14,275 nt of DNA from Planctomycetota bacterium (GCA_031409275.1 JANNXA010000054.1:1-14275), one strand, 5' to 3'; shown: positions 1-9,382, counted from the stretch's first letter. The notes: generated by a model not told the origin, from the letters alone. Translations and numbers: made by a program.

Positions 1-88
1 CGAAGAGCCAGTTGAAGAGGCCGACGTAGGCGGTGCCGACGTGCGGGTCGCCGGTCGGGCTCGGGGCGATGCGGACGCGGACGTTCAT
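1..88 (-). CDS. gltX: Glutamate--tRNA ligase, N-terminal 29 codons (truncated by window edge)
   Basis: Manual translation from ATG at 88-86 gives [29 protein letters not shown]. This contains the GluRS R(F/I)APSPTG motif and the HIGH-type motif HVGT. Not in the ORF track. Confidence 0.92.
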   Translation of the reverse strand, partial: MNVRVRIAPSPTGDPHVGTAYVGLFNWLF

Positions 89-194
89 GGCGCGCTCACT
101 GGAAAAGGGGCGCGGAAGTGTAGCAGTGGCGCGCGAGGGACTCGTGCGGTGCGGTAGAACGCCGTCCGCGACTTCTGAGCCGTGGAGAGCATGC

Positions 195-1250
195 GTGCGT
201 GGACGTTGGTTGGTGATGGTGATGGTGGGTCTGGGGGTGGTGCTGGCGCTGGTGGCCGCGAAGGCGCGCCGCGAGCGCGGGCCGACGCTGCCCCTCAAGC
301 CGGGCAGCGTGCTGCTTTTCACCACGGGGCGCGGCGCGCCCGGGCTCGGCCCCTTCGAGTCGAGCGCGACGCTCTTTCCGTCGACGCATGGCGTGTCGAG
401 CGAACTTGCCGCGAGCCTCGCCGCGCTGGTGACCAGCGGCATGCCGCGCGCCATCGGCGTCGTCCGCGCGGGCGATGCGCTGCCGGTGGGGATCAAGACG
501 CTGGCCGAGCGCCTCCAAGGTCAGCGTTTCACCAGCGCGATCTTCACGTCGTCGCAGCTCGCCTTTCGGGCCAACGGTCTGGCGCGCGGCGCGGCCCTGG
601 TCTTCGAGAACCCGGCGCCCACGCCGATCGCCGTGGCGGAGCGCGCGGTGAACTGGTTGCAGGCGCAAGGCGACGCACCCTCGTTCGCGTGGCTGCACGT
701 CGACGAGTGGCCGGCCGATGCTCCGCCCGCGTTCCTCGATGCGCTGGCGCAGGGGCCGCTTGGCGAGCGAATCGTCATCGCCTCGCTCGCGCTCGAAGAT
801 CGCTCGGCGCCGCACCTCGCGCTGCGAGTGCCCGGCGGACTGATCGGCCACGCCCCCGATCTTCGCGACGTCTCGCTGCTCGATGTGGCGCCGACACTGC
901 TCGAACTCTTCGGTGCCGAAGTGCCGACCGATTGGATGGAGCCGTTCCTGCTGGCGCCGCACACGCGCGCCGCGCGCTTCTTCGCCTACGCGCAGCCGCT
1001 GCCGGCGCCCGACCTCGACGGCGATGCGGTGACGCTGCTCGCGGGTCGCTTCGCCTACCACTGCGACCCGCGCCGCACGCCACCGGAGAGCGTGGAGCAC
1101 CGCCGCGAGCCACGGCCAGGCGATCCGCCGCTCGCCGTCGCCGATGACGATGATCTGGTGCGGCTTGAACTGCGGCGCCTGTTGGAGTCGGCGTTCCACT
1201 GGCGCATCGACGCGAAGGGCGTCGCGCGCTGGCCCTCGCCGTCGCGCTGA
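195..1250 (+). CDS. Membrane-anchored sulfatase/alkaline-phosphatase-superfamily protein, degenerate active site (~351 aa)
   Basis: GTG at 195 follows GGAGAG (184-189); the track's start at 33 overlaps gltX. N-terminal hydrophobic segment [18 protein letters not shown]. Sulfatase-like segments: [41 protein letters not shown] (684-704), [15 protein letters not shown] (870-914). Confidence 0.7.
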   Translation: MRGRWLVMVMVGLGVVLALVAAKARRERGPTLPLKPGSVLLFTTGRGAPGLGPFESSATLFPSTHGVSSELAASLAALVTSGMPRAIGVVRAGDALPVGIKTLAERLQGQRFTSAIFTSSQLAFRANGLARGAALVFENPAPTPIAVAERAVNWLQAQGDAPSFAWLHVDEWPADAPPAFLDALAQGPLGERIVIASLALEDRSAPHLALRVPGGLIGHAPDLRDVSLLDVAPTLLELFGAEVPTDWMEPFLLAPHTRAARFFAYAQPLPAPDLDGDAVTLLAGRFAYHCDPRRTPPESVEHRREPRPGDPPLAVADDDDLVRLELRRLLESAFHWRIDAKGVARWPSPSR

Positions 1251-1538
1251 TCAGCTCTTCGAGGTCGGAAGCGAGTCCGAGTCGGAAGGCCTTTCGGCGT
1301 GAAAAGCCGGGGGCGTCGGGCTCGAACTCGGCCTGAAAGCCACCATTTCCATCCTCTTCCAGAAGCGTGTGGCGATGCGATGCAGGCGAAGCGCGGCAAC
1401 GTCGCGACCGTCACGATGGGACGGCGTGCGGCGCCACTCGCTCGGTAGCCTACGCCGCGCACTCGCGAGACGGAGCGTCAGCGGTGGACTTGCCCGGTCT
1501 GCGCTCGCTCTGTCCGTGCGGTGCGTGGGGAGTGGGAG

Positions 1539-4500
1539 ATGGGAGTTTCGGCAGCACGCTCGGCGCGACGGAGCGCGGCGTCGTCGTGGCGAGTGTGTCT
1601 CGTCGCCGCGATCGTCCTGCTGGCGACGCTGCCATTGCAGGCGCAAGTCTCCGCGTCGACGCCCGCTCGCCTCGCAGACAGTTTTCGCTCGCGCGTCTAC
1701 TTGCGCGATGAGGGGCTGCCCGATGTCGTGGCGCGTTCGCTCGCGCAGGGCCCCGACGGTTTCCTGTGGGTCGGCACATTCAACGGGCTCGCCCGTTTCG
1801 ATGGCCGCCGATTTCGCGTCACGCGAACGGCGGAGCTGCCCGAGCTGATCGAGGACGGATTCGTCTGCCTCCATTTCGATCGCGCTGGCCGGCTCTGGGC
1901 CGGTGGCATGGAATCGTTGCGTCGGCGCGATCCAGGCGGCTGGCAGCGGATCGGCGGCATCGAGGCGTCCAACGGACCGATCATCTCGCTGGCCGAGGCG
2001 AGCGATGGGTCGCTCTGGTCCGGCGGCCCGAGCGGCGTCTTCGTCGTCGACTCGCACGATCGTGCGGTGGCCGTCGCAGCGCCGCCGCGGCCCGTCGCCG
2101 ATGAGTCGAACTGGAACGTGGTAAGTGACCGCGAAGGCGTGGTCCACGCGTGGAGTCGCAGCGTCGTCGCGGCGCGCGACGGCGCGCAGTGGCGGGTGAT
2201 CGCGACGGCGGCGGACCTCGGCGGGCCGGTGCGCGGAGTCGCGCTCGCCCGTGAAGGCGGCCTCTGGTGCGTCTCCGGCGGAGTGGTGCGCCGCCTCGGC
2301 GGCGGCGACGGCCTGCCGGTGCGGCCGGTTCCAGCGCAACTGGGGGACGATTTCGCGTCGCTGCTCGAGGACTCGAGCGGCAACGTCTGGGTCGGCAGCT
2401 TCGCGTTCGGATTGGCGCTCCTTCCGGCCGACGGTACCCCCGCGATCGTTGCCGAGCTCGGCAGCGACGTCTGCAGCAGCAGCATCGCCGCGCTGCTCGA
2501 AGACGCGGATGGCGTGGTCCATGTCGGGACCGGCGGTGGCGGCCTGGCCGGCCTGACGCCGCGCCGCGTGGGCGAGCTCCATTGCGGCGGCGCCTACTCC
2601 CTCGACGACTCGATGCGTTGCTTCGGCGACGGGCCCGACGGCCGCGTCGTGGTGGCCAATTCCGCCGGTTCCATCTTCGAGCTGGAGGGCGGTCAGACGC
2701 GGCTGCTGCACGAAGATCAGTCGCGGCTCGGAGACGCGCAGATCCACGGTCTCCACGAGACGGCCGATGGCACGCTCTGGATCGGGACGAAGTCGGTAGG
2801 GCTGTGGACGCTGCGCGAAGGTTCGCTCGTCCAGCGCTTCGGCGAGGCGGAACTGGGTACCGACGTCGACGCCTTCATCGAGCGCCGTGACGGGCTGTGG
2901 TTTGCGTCTTCGAGAGGTGCCTGGAAGTGGGCCGGTGAACGACTCACTTCGCTCCCGGTGGGCGTCGATCCGTCACGACCGGCGGTGCAGGACCTCGTGA
3001 CGGACGACTCTGGCGTGCTGTGGTGCGCGACCGACTCAGGCATTGCGCGGCAGGGGGAGCGCGGTTTCGAGCCCGTGGCGATCGAGTTCCTCGGCGAACG
3101 ACGCGCCGATCGAAGGGTGCGCGCGCTGCGCTGGCTCGACGCCGAGTTCGCGATGCTGTCACTCTCGTCGGGCGAACCCTGCATCGCGCTGGCGAAGCTC
3201 GAGGGCGACGTGCTGCGCGCGCGACTGGTCGTCGACCATGTGCGTTGCAGCGAGTTCGTCGTGGCTCATGGCGACGTCTGGTGCAACGGCGACGATGTGC
3301 TGCGACGGTTCGCGCTCGACGAACTTCGCGGCTGGTTCGGCACCAACGCCGCCATCGCGCCGCCGTTTCCGTTGCGGCTCACCAGTGCCGACGGCTTGCC
3401 CTCCTCGCAGACCGCTGGACCCGAGGGGCGTCGCACCCGGGTCGGTGCCGACGGTCGGCTCTGGTTCGCGACGCACAGCGGGCTCGCCTGGGTCGATCCC
3501 AGGCGCACGCAGCTGCTGCCGCGTCTGCCGGTCGTCGTGCTCGACGAGTGCGTCATCGACGGCAGCGCGCAGCGCGTGGAGCGCAGCCCGATGCGCTTCG
3601 TCCTGCCGACCGGTGCGCAGAGCGTGCGCCTGGCCTTTGCGGTGCCGACGATGCGCGGCGCCGAAGGGGTGCAGCTCGCCTATCGAAACGCCAAGGAGTC
3701 GCGTTGGACGCCGCTTGGTCCCGAGCGAGTGCTGGAGTTCCTGCAGCTTCCGCCCGGCCTCCATCGCTTCGAGCTGCGCGCCAGCAACGGCGACGGGCGC
3801 TGGTCGCAAGCGCTGAGTCGTGTCGAGCTCGAGATGCCCCCGCGTTGGTGGCAGACCTTGTGGTTCAAGCTCGCGTTGAGCGGTGCGGTCCTGGCGTTCG
3901 CGGCGCTGGTCTACCTGCTGGCCGATCGCGTCGCAGCACGCCGTGCGCGCGAGCGCATCGAGGTGGCGGAGACGCTGGCCGCCGCTCACGCTCGCTCCGA
4001 ACTCCTGCTGGCCGCCACCGACGAGCTGGTCTGTTTCGCCGATCCGAGCGGCCGCCTCACGGCGCTGAACGAGGCGGGGCGGGCGATCCTCGGCGTCGAG
4101 GCGATGCCGGCCCGCGCCTCGACGCTCACCGAGTTGATCGCTCCATCGGTGCGCCCGCTCTTCGAGCACGACGCGTTGCACGAGCTGAGCGAGCACGGTC
4201 GCTGGAGCGGCGAGACGTTGCTGGCTGGCGCCCATGGTCGCGAAGTGCCGGTGCTGGCGTCGCTGCTGCGCCATGAGCTGCCCGACGGCCGCGTCGACTT
4301 CCTGTCGCTGGTGGCGCGCAACCTCTCCGAGCGCGTCGCCACCGAGCAGGCACGCCGCGAACTCGAATCGCAGCTGCGCCAGTCGCAGAAGCTCGAGGCG
4401 ATCGGCACGTTGGCCGGCGGCATCGCGCACGACTTCAACAACCTGCTGACCGCGATCCTCGGCCACGCCGAGCTCGCCGAAGAGTCGCTGCGGCGGCAAC

Positions 4501-5549
4501 CCCCGCCGCTCGACGAAGTGCTCGACGGGTTGATCGAGATTCGCCAGGCGTCGGGCCGCGCGCGCGACCTCGTGCGCCAGATCCTGCGCTTCAGCCGGCG
4601 CGGCGAGCAGCAACGCGAGCTGGTGGTGGTGGACTCCGTGGTGCGCGAGGCGTGCCGGATGGTGCGCTCCTCCTTCCCCGCCGACGTCGAGTTGTCGGTG
4701 GTGGTGACGGCGCCCGGCGGCACCGTGATGGCGGATCCGACCGAGATCCATCAGGTGGTGGTCAATCTCTGCACCAACGCCGCGCAGGCCATGCGCTCCG
4801 GCAAAGGGCGCATCGAGGTGTCGCTGGCCGAGATCGACGTCGACGAGGAGCTGGCGCGCAGCGTGCCACGGCTGCGGCCCGGTCGCTGGCTGCGCCTCGC
4901 CGTCGAGGACGATGGCGTCGGCATGAGCGCCGCCGTGATGGAACACGTCTTCGAGCCGTTCTTCACCACCAAGCCGCAGGGGGAAGGAACCGGCCTGGGC
5001 CTGGCCATGGTCCACGGCATCGTCGGCTCGCACGATGGCGCGATCCGCGTGGCGAGCGTGCTGGGCAAGGGAACGCGCGTCGAGGTCTGGCTGCCGATCG
5101 TGCGAGCGGCCGTCGAGGTCCTGCAACCGCTGCCCGACGAGCTGCCGCTCGGTCACCTCGAGCGGGTGCTGCTGGTCGACGATGAGCACGCCGTGCTCGA
5201 ACTCGGGCGGCGCATGCTCGAGCGGCTGGGCTATCGCGTGGTGGCGTGCGCCCATCCTGCGGAGGCGATCGCGCAGGTCGAGGCGACGCCCGGCGATTTC
5301 GCGGTGGTGGTGAACGACCTCTCGATGCCCGACCTGAACGGCGTGCAGCTCGCGCGCCGGCTGCAGGAGCTGGTGCCGGGCCTGCCGATGGTGCTGGTCA
5401 CTGGCTACCTGACCGGCATTCGCCGCGATGACCTGCGCGCGCAAGGCATCGTCGAACTGCTCTACAAGCCATTCGACTTGAGGAGCCTCGCCCACGCGCT
5501 CGACCGTGCGCTCGCACCCGCGCGGCTCAAGTCGAGAGCTTCGCCATGA
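1539..5549 (+). CDS. Hybrid sensor histidine kinase/response regulator (two-component regulator propeller repeats, Y_Y_Y-like domain, TM, PAS, HisKA, HATPase_c, REC)
   Basis: Signal peptide ending LQA-Q. Propeller repeats: [51 protein letters not shown]-like [23 protein letters not shown] followed by a TM helix. H-box AHDFNNLL (His 4428-4430), [29 protein letters not shown] motifs LVDDE, NDLSMP (Asp 5316-5318), VTG, KP. Start is ATG 1539 or GTG 1521. Confidence 0.95.
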   Translation: MGVSAARSARRSAASSWRVCLVAAIVLLATLPLQAQVSASTPARLADSFRSRVYLRDEGLPDVVARSLAQGPDGFLWVGTFNGLARFDGRRFRVTRTAELPELIEDGFVCLHFDRAGRLWAGGMESLRRRDPGGWQRIGGIEASNGPIISLAEASDGSLWSGGPSGVFVVDSHDRAVAVAAPPRPVADESNWNVVSDREGVVHAWSRSVVAARDGAQWRVIATAADLGGPVRGVALAREGGLWCVSGGVVRRLGGGDGLPVRPVPAQLGDDFASLLEDSSGNVWVGSFAFGLALLPADGTPAIVAELGSDVCSSSIAALLEDADGVVHVGTGGGGLAGLTPRRVGELHCGGAYSLDDSMRCFGDGPDGRVVVANSAGSIFELEGGQTRLLHEDQSRLGDAQIHGLHETADGTLWIGTKSVGLWTLREGSLVQRFGEAELGTDVDAFIERRDGLWFASSRGAWKWAGERLTSLPVGVDPSRPAVQDLVTDDSGVLWCATDSGIARQGERGFEPVAIEFLGERRADRRVRALRWLDAEFAMLSLSSGEPCIALAKLEGDVLRARLVVDHVRCSEFVVAHGDVWCNGDDVLRRFALDELRGWFGTNAAIAPPFPLRLTSADGLPSSQTAGPEGRRTRVGADGRLWFATHSGLAWVDPRRTQLLPRLPVVVLDECVIDGSAQRVERSPMRFVLPTGAQSVRLAFAVPTMRGAEGVQLAYRNAKESRWTPLGPERVLEFLQLPPGLHRFELRASNGDGRWSQALSRVELEMPPRWWQTLWFKLALSGAVLAFAALVYLLADRVAARRARERIEVAETLAAAHARSELLLAATDELVCFADPSGRLTALNEAGRAILGVEAMPARASTLTELIAPSVRPLFEHDALHELSEHGRWSGETLLAGAHGREVPVLASLLRHELPDGRVDFLSLVARNLSERVATEQARRELESQLRQSQKLEAIGTLAGGIAHDFNNLLTAILGHAELAEESLRRQPPPLDEVLDGLIEIRQASGRARDLVRQILRFSRRGEQQRELVVVDSVVREACRMVRSSFPADVELSVVVTAPGGTVMADPTEIHQVVVNLCTNAAQAMRSGKGRIEVSLAEIDVDEELARSVPRLRPGRWLRLAVEDDGVGMSAAVMEHVFEPFFTTKPQGEGTGLGLAMVHGIVGSHDGAIRVASVLGKGTRVEVWLPIVRAAVEVLQPLPDELPLGHLERVLLVDDEHAVLELGRRMLERLGYRVVACAHPAEAIAQVEATPGDFAVVVNDLSMPDLNGVQLARRLQELVPGLPMVLVTGYLTGIRRDDLRAQGIVELLYKPFDLRSLAHALDRALAPARLKSRASP

Positions 5550-6570
5550 AGCTGGCGATCTCCGCCGGCAGCGGCGCGGTGATCTCGAGCGGCGCGCGGC
5601 TGCGCGGGTGGGTGACGACGAGGCGCGCGGCGTGCAGCGCTTGGCGCGTCAGCAGCAGGCGCGCGCGCATCGTGTCGTCGAGCCGCTCCTCGTAGTAGGC
5701 GAGGAAGTAGCCCTCGTCGAGGCCGTAGAGCTTGTCGCCGACGATCGGGTAGCCGGCGTGGTGGAGGTGGCAGCGGATCTGGTGGCGGCGCCCGGTGAAG
5801 AGACGGCAGCGCACCAGCGTGAAGTCGGTGAAGCGCCGCTCGACCGTGACGCCGGTCTTGCTTGGATTGCCGCCCGGCAGGACGGCGCGGCGGTTCGAGA
5901 CCAAGCTGCTCGGGTGGTCGCCGAGCGGCCCGTCGATGAGGAATGTCTCCTCGCGCACGACGCCGTGCACCAGCGCGAGGTACTCCTTCACCACTTCGCG
6001 CGTGCGCATCTGTCGATTCATCTCGGCGGCGACGATGTCGCTCTTCGCGATCAGCAGCACGCCACTCGTCTCGAGGTCGAGGCGGTGGCAGAGCTTGGGG
6101 ACGATGCCGGTCTCGGCATCGAAGCCGGGCGCGCCGACGCCGAAGCGGCGGTGCAGCCGCGTGATGACCGTGTCTTCCAGCAGCCGTCCGCCCGGATGGA
6201 CCGGGATGCCGGCCGGCTTGTCGACCGCCAGCAGGTCGTGATCCTCGTGCAGGATCGGCAGCTCGAGTGGCGCGGCGAGCGAGTGCAGGTCGACTTCGCG
6301 CTTGGGGCGCGGCAGGTGGACGACGATCGTCTCGCCCGCGTGCACGCGCCGCGCCGGTCGCGCCACGCGGCCGGTGAGCTCGACCTGTCCGCGTTGGATC
6401 AGCTCCTCGATCTTGGTGCGCGAGCGCCATGGGCAGCGCCGCGCGAGGAAGTGGTCGAGCCGCAACTGCGCTTCGCCGGGCGCCACCACCAGGCGCAGCC
6501 GCGTGCGCATCGAGAGGAGCGAACCCGATTCGGGCTCTGCAGATTCGGAGTCTTCGTCGGTGGGTTCCAA
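5527..6570 (-). CDS. RluA/RluD-family RNA pseudouridine synthase with N-terminal S4 domain
   Basis: S4-like RLDHFLARRCPWRSRTKIEELIQRGQV; motif I VDKPAGIPVHP; catalytic HRLDLETSG; TGRRHQIR; PIVGDKLYG; QALHA. Start uncertain (TTG 6570 or ATG 6510). Confidence 0.95.
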   Translation of the reverse strand: MEPTDEDSESAEPESGSLLSMRTRLRLVVAPGEAQLRLDHFLARRCPWRSRTKIEELIQRGQVELTGRVARPARRVHAGETIVVHLPRPKREVDLHSLAAPLELPILHEDHDLLAVDKPAGIPVHPGGRLLEDTVITRLHRRFGVGAPGFDAETGIVPKLCHRLDLETSGVLLIAKSDIVAAEMNRQMRTREVVKEYLALVHGVVREETFLIDGPLGDHPSSLVSNRRAVLPGGNPSKTGVTVERRFTDFTLVRCRLFTGRRHQIRCHLHHAGYPIVGDKLYGLDEGYFLAYYEERLDDTMRARLLLTRQALHAARLVVTHPRSRAPLEITAPLPAEIASFMAKLST

Positions 6571-6581
6571 GCGGCGGAACT

Positions 6582-7871
6582 CTACGTCGCCTGCCCGCCC
6601 GCGGACACGAGCCCCTTGCGGAAGCGCGCGAGCTTGTCGGCGTCGAGCGGCACCCAGCGCCCCTGACCCTTCCGCTGCGCGACGATCTGGCCGGGGTAGA
6701 CGACGCTGCTCACGTGCTTGCCGTGCTCGGCGAAGAAGTGGACGCGCGACGCGGGACCGAGCACGACGATCGTCTGCTCCTGCGTGTCCCAGCCGACGTG
6801 GTCGTCGGCGGCGTGGCGCGCGTCCTCGAACGCCTTGTGGGTCGGACGCGTTCCTTGGCGCGCGCGGTCGTTGGCGTGGTCGGTGCGGCGCGCATCGCTG
6901 CGGCGGCGATGTTCGAGGTCGCGCGCCGCATCACGCAGCAGCGTGTGGCCGCGGTTGGTGAGCCGTTCGAGCGCGATGCCGATGCCCGGCACTCGATCGC
7001 CGCCACGACCCGAGAAGACGGCGATCTCGCGACGCAGCTGGCGCAGCGCGTCGGGAAGCGTCGACAGCAGCGACTCCTCGAGCGGCCCGGCGGGTGCGCT
7101 GGCGACCAACGCGTCGGGCAGGCGACCCACCAGATTCAGCCCGAGCAGCGCGCCTTCCGGCTGCTTCTCCGTGCGCACCAGCTGCACCGTCAGCGCCATC
7201 AAGTGGCGCGGGTCACGCGGTCCGCCGTGAGGCTCGCCGCGCTCGTGAGCCCGCCGATTCGCGTCGCCGAGTCGCGGCGCGAAGTAGCCGAGGCAGAGCT
7301 GGCCGAGCACATAGCAGCGCCAGCGCGGCTCCTCGAAGCCGGGCAGCAGCCGGCCGTAGAGCTCGTCGCGATGAAGCGCCACCGCCACCAACTCGCGGCC
7401 GCCCGCCGCGCCGCCGCCGTAGAGCCGCTCGATGCGGCCATCGCCGCGCCGATGCAGCAGTTGGTCGAGCTCGACCCAGTCAGGGCGACCCGTCTCGGCG
7501 TAGCCGGTGAAGACGCTCTTCGCGGTGGGTGGAAGCGAGTGGCTGCAGCGCGAGCTCTCGCAGCGCAGGCAGTAGACGTGGCCGCGCTCGAAGGCGACCG
7601 CGTTCAGCAGCGCGTCGCGCACCCGCTGGCGCAACAGCGCGATCACCTTCTCCGACTCGGCGCCGCGGAACTCCTGCGCCAGGCGCGACTCGACGCCGTG
7701 GAAGGAGAGCAGCAAGGGCAGTTCGACCGCGTCGAGCTTCGCCTCCGGCGCCACGTGCTGCTCGGCCAACAGCAGTTCGCGAGCGACGCGTTCGAGCGCC
7801 GCCAACGCGTCGGCGACTCGGGCGCGGGCGTCGCCGCCCTTCGCTGCGCCGTCCCCTCGGGAAGACCCCAT
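6582..7871 (-). CDS. Hypothetical protein (429 aa) with CxxCxxxxCxH motif and His-rich C-terminal domain
   Basis: ATG at 7871 has a strong GAGGAGG Shine-Dalgarno just upstream. The sequence is protein-like and ends 11 nt before the RluA TTG start. The upstream part of the 867 aa track ORF is antisense to the SGNH gene. Confidence 0.8.
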   Translation of the reverse strand: MGSSRGDGAAKGGDARARVADALAALERVARELLLAEQHVAPEAKLDAVELPLLLSFHGVESRLAQEFRGAESEKVIALLRQRVRDALLNAVAFERGHVYCLRCESSRCSHSLPPTAKSVFTGYAETGRPDWVELDQLLHRRGDGRIERLYGGGAAGGRELVAVALHRDELYGRLLPGFEEPRWRCYVLGQLCLGYFAPRLGDANRRAHERGEPHGGPRDPRHLMALTVQLVRTEKQPEGALLGLNLVGRLPDALVASAPAGPLEESLLSTLPDALRQLRREIAVFSGRGGDRVPGIGIALERLTNRGHTLLRDAARDLEHRRRSDARRTDHANDRARQGTRPTHKAFEDARHAADDHVGWDTQEQTIVVLGPASRVHFFAEHGKHVSSVVYPGQIVAQRKGQGRWVPLDADKLARFRKGLVSAGGQAT

Positions 7872-8054
7872 CGCGCCTCCTCGCCCCTCTCGATCGACGG
7901 GACGATCTTGCCGCGTCGACCGCTTTTCGGGGTTGCCGTGGCGGCGAGGCGCCGGAATCGTGGCATCCATGGCAATGGCCGGAGGCGACCGACGGTCGCG
8001 CGGCGGCGAGGCGGCTGCGAGGCAACGACGGGATCGGCGCAGTGGAGCGCTCGT

Positions 8055-9257
8055 TTGGCTCTGAATCGGACATCGACGGTCGCACGCTCGGCCTCCCGTT
8101 CCTGGCGGCGCCGCCTCGCCTACCGCGTGCTCCTCGCGCTGCTGCTGCTGACGGCCTTCGAGTTCGCGTTGCGCGGCGCGGCGGCGCTGAAGCTCGGGCC
8201 GGCGGTGCTGGCTTACGGGACGCCGCTCGCGCGCCAGGCGCTGCAGCCCACGAAGATGGCCGACCGGCCGTGGCACGAGCAGGTCGCCATGGCTGAGAAG
8301 AACCAGAAGCAGGTCGGTGACGGCGACGCCGGCTACCTCAAGTACCACCCGCACCAGCGCAAGGATGGCTTCGACCAAGACGGCACGCAGTACCTCGTCG
8401 CCATCAACAGCGACGGTTTCCGCGGCAAGGAGTTCGGGCCGAAGCGCGCGGGCGTCGTACGGGTCGTGGCGCTCGGCGCCTCGTCGACTTTCGGCTACCA
8501 CGATCGCGATGACGAGACGTGGCCGCACTACCTCGAGCAGGAGCTGAACGCGCGGCTCGCTTCCGAGGCGATCGCCGGCGTCACCGCGTTCGAGGTGCTG
8601 AACCTCGGCATCCCGCACCAAAACGCCGCCAACCTCCTCGCGTTGCTCGAAGCGGAAGGGCTCGCCTACCAGCCCGACCTCGTCGTCTTCTACGAAGGGG
8701 TGAACGAGACGCGCCGGCTCGAGCCGTCGGGCGCGGAGCGGTGGCTCTACACGCTCTCCAAACGGCTGGTGTCGGCGCAACTCGTCTATCAGGTGACGAC
8801 GCCGTGGTTCGCGCGATTCGGTCCGGAAGAGCTCGCCGCTGCGCGCGTCGGCAAGGTCGAGACGTTCCTGCACTGCCTCCAGCGCATGCGCGATCGTTGT
8901 CGCGAGCAGTCCGCGCATTTCCTCGTCGTGTCGCAGCAGGCGCAATCGGAGACGATCGCGCGCGAGCAGCTCGACCAAGTGACCTACGCGCAGGAGGTGG
9001 CGCAGGTGCAGGCGCGCCTCGCGCAGGGCGCCACGATTTCGCTGCGCGAGCTGCAGTTCCTCCTGCATGCCGAGCTGATGGAAGCGATGGCCGCGTGGGC
9101 GAAGAGCAACGACGTCGAGTACGCGGATGGCATCGCCGCCCTCGACCGAGCCGGCGAGCGCGACCAGCTCCTCTCCTGGGTCCACCTCGCGCCGGCAGGC
9201 AACCGCGCGCTGGCGGCCGCGATCGCGCCGGCGGTGTGGAGCGGGATGGGGAGGTGA
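8055..9257 (+). CDS. SGNH/GDSL hydrolase-family membrane-anchored protein (~400 aa)
   Basis: TTG at 8055 with GGAG at 8044-8047. TM segment LAYRVLLALLLLTAFEFALR; INSDGFRG; block I VVALGASSTFG; block II VLNLGIPH; block III PDLVVFYEGVNE; block V SWVHLAPAGNR. Confidence 0.88.
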   Translation: MALNRTSTVARSASRSWRRRLAYRVLLALLLLTAFEFALRGAAALKLGPAVLAYGTPLARQALQPTKMADRPWHEQVAMAEKNQKQVGDGDAGYLKYHPHQRKDGFDQDGTQYLVAINSDGFRGKEFGPKRAGVVRVVALGASSTFGYHDRDDETWPHYLEQELNARLASEAIAGVTAFEVLNLGIPHQNAANLLALLEAEGLAYQPDLVVFYEGVNETRRLEPSGAERWLYTLSKRLVSAQLVYQVTTPWFARFGPEELAAARVGKVETFLHCLQRMRDRCREQSAHFLVVSQQAQSETIAREQLDQVTYAQEVAQVQARLAQGATISLRELQFLLHAELMEAMAAWAKSNDVEYADGIAALDRAGERDQLLSWVHLAPAGNRALAAAIAPAVWSGMGR

Positions 9258-9354
9258 GCGGGGGCGCGCCGCAGTGCTGCGGTTGGGCCGGCCGCCGAGG
9301 TGCCATCCACCACAGTTCGAGCAGCCACGGTGTGACGGTTCGTCCGGGCACCCC

Positions 9355-9382
9355 TTGACGCCCTACAGAACCGCGCTACTCC
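9355..9382 (+). promoter_or_regulatory. Candidate sigma70-type promoter for the FG-GAP gene block
   Basis: TTGACG (9355-9360), 16 nt spacer, TACTCC (9377-9382), about 130 nt upstream of ATG 9510. The -10 match is only partial. Confidence 0.4.

Noticed and set aside
213..227. GTGATG short tandem repeat
   Set aside because: Only 2.5 copies, encoding VMVMV in a TM helix; too short to be meaningful.
1284..1320. Hairpin CGGC-GTGAAAA-GCCG considered as a c-di-GMP-I riboswitch or terminator
   Set aside because: It lacks the GGCAAA and GACGCAAAG flanks and has no U-tract.
3159..5495. 778 aa minus-strand ORF (also 1251..2756, 96..1199, 5506..6666 and many others)
   Set aside because: These are antisense or alternate-frame shadows of well-supported genes, expected in GC-rich DNA, and carry no recognisable motifs.
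6429..9257. 942 aa plus ORF and 867 aa minus ORF appearing to overlap as a dual-coding region
   Set aside because: Each is a real gene (8055..9257 + and 6582..7871 -) extended upstream through the antisense frame of the other. SD-supported internal starts resolve them into a divergent pair.
195..9257. A single glycan-utilisation locus made of the sulfatase-like gene, propeller kinase and SGNH hydrolase
   Set aside because: The genes are interrupted by an oppositely oriented operon, and there are no glycoside hydrolases or transporters. The functional link is not supported.
9269..9284. Inverted repeat CCGCAG-TG-CTGCGG after the SGNH stop as an intrinsic terminator
   Set aside because: Short stem followed by only two T; insufficient support.
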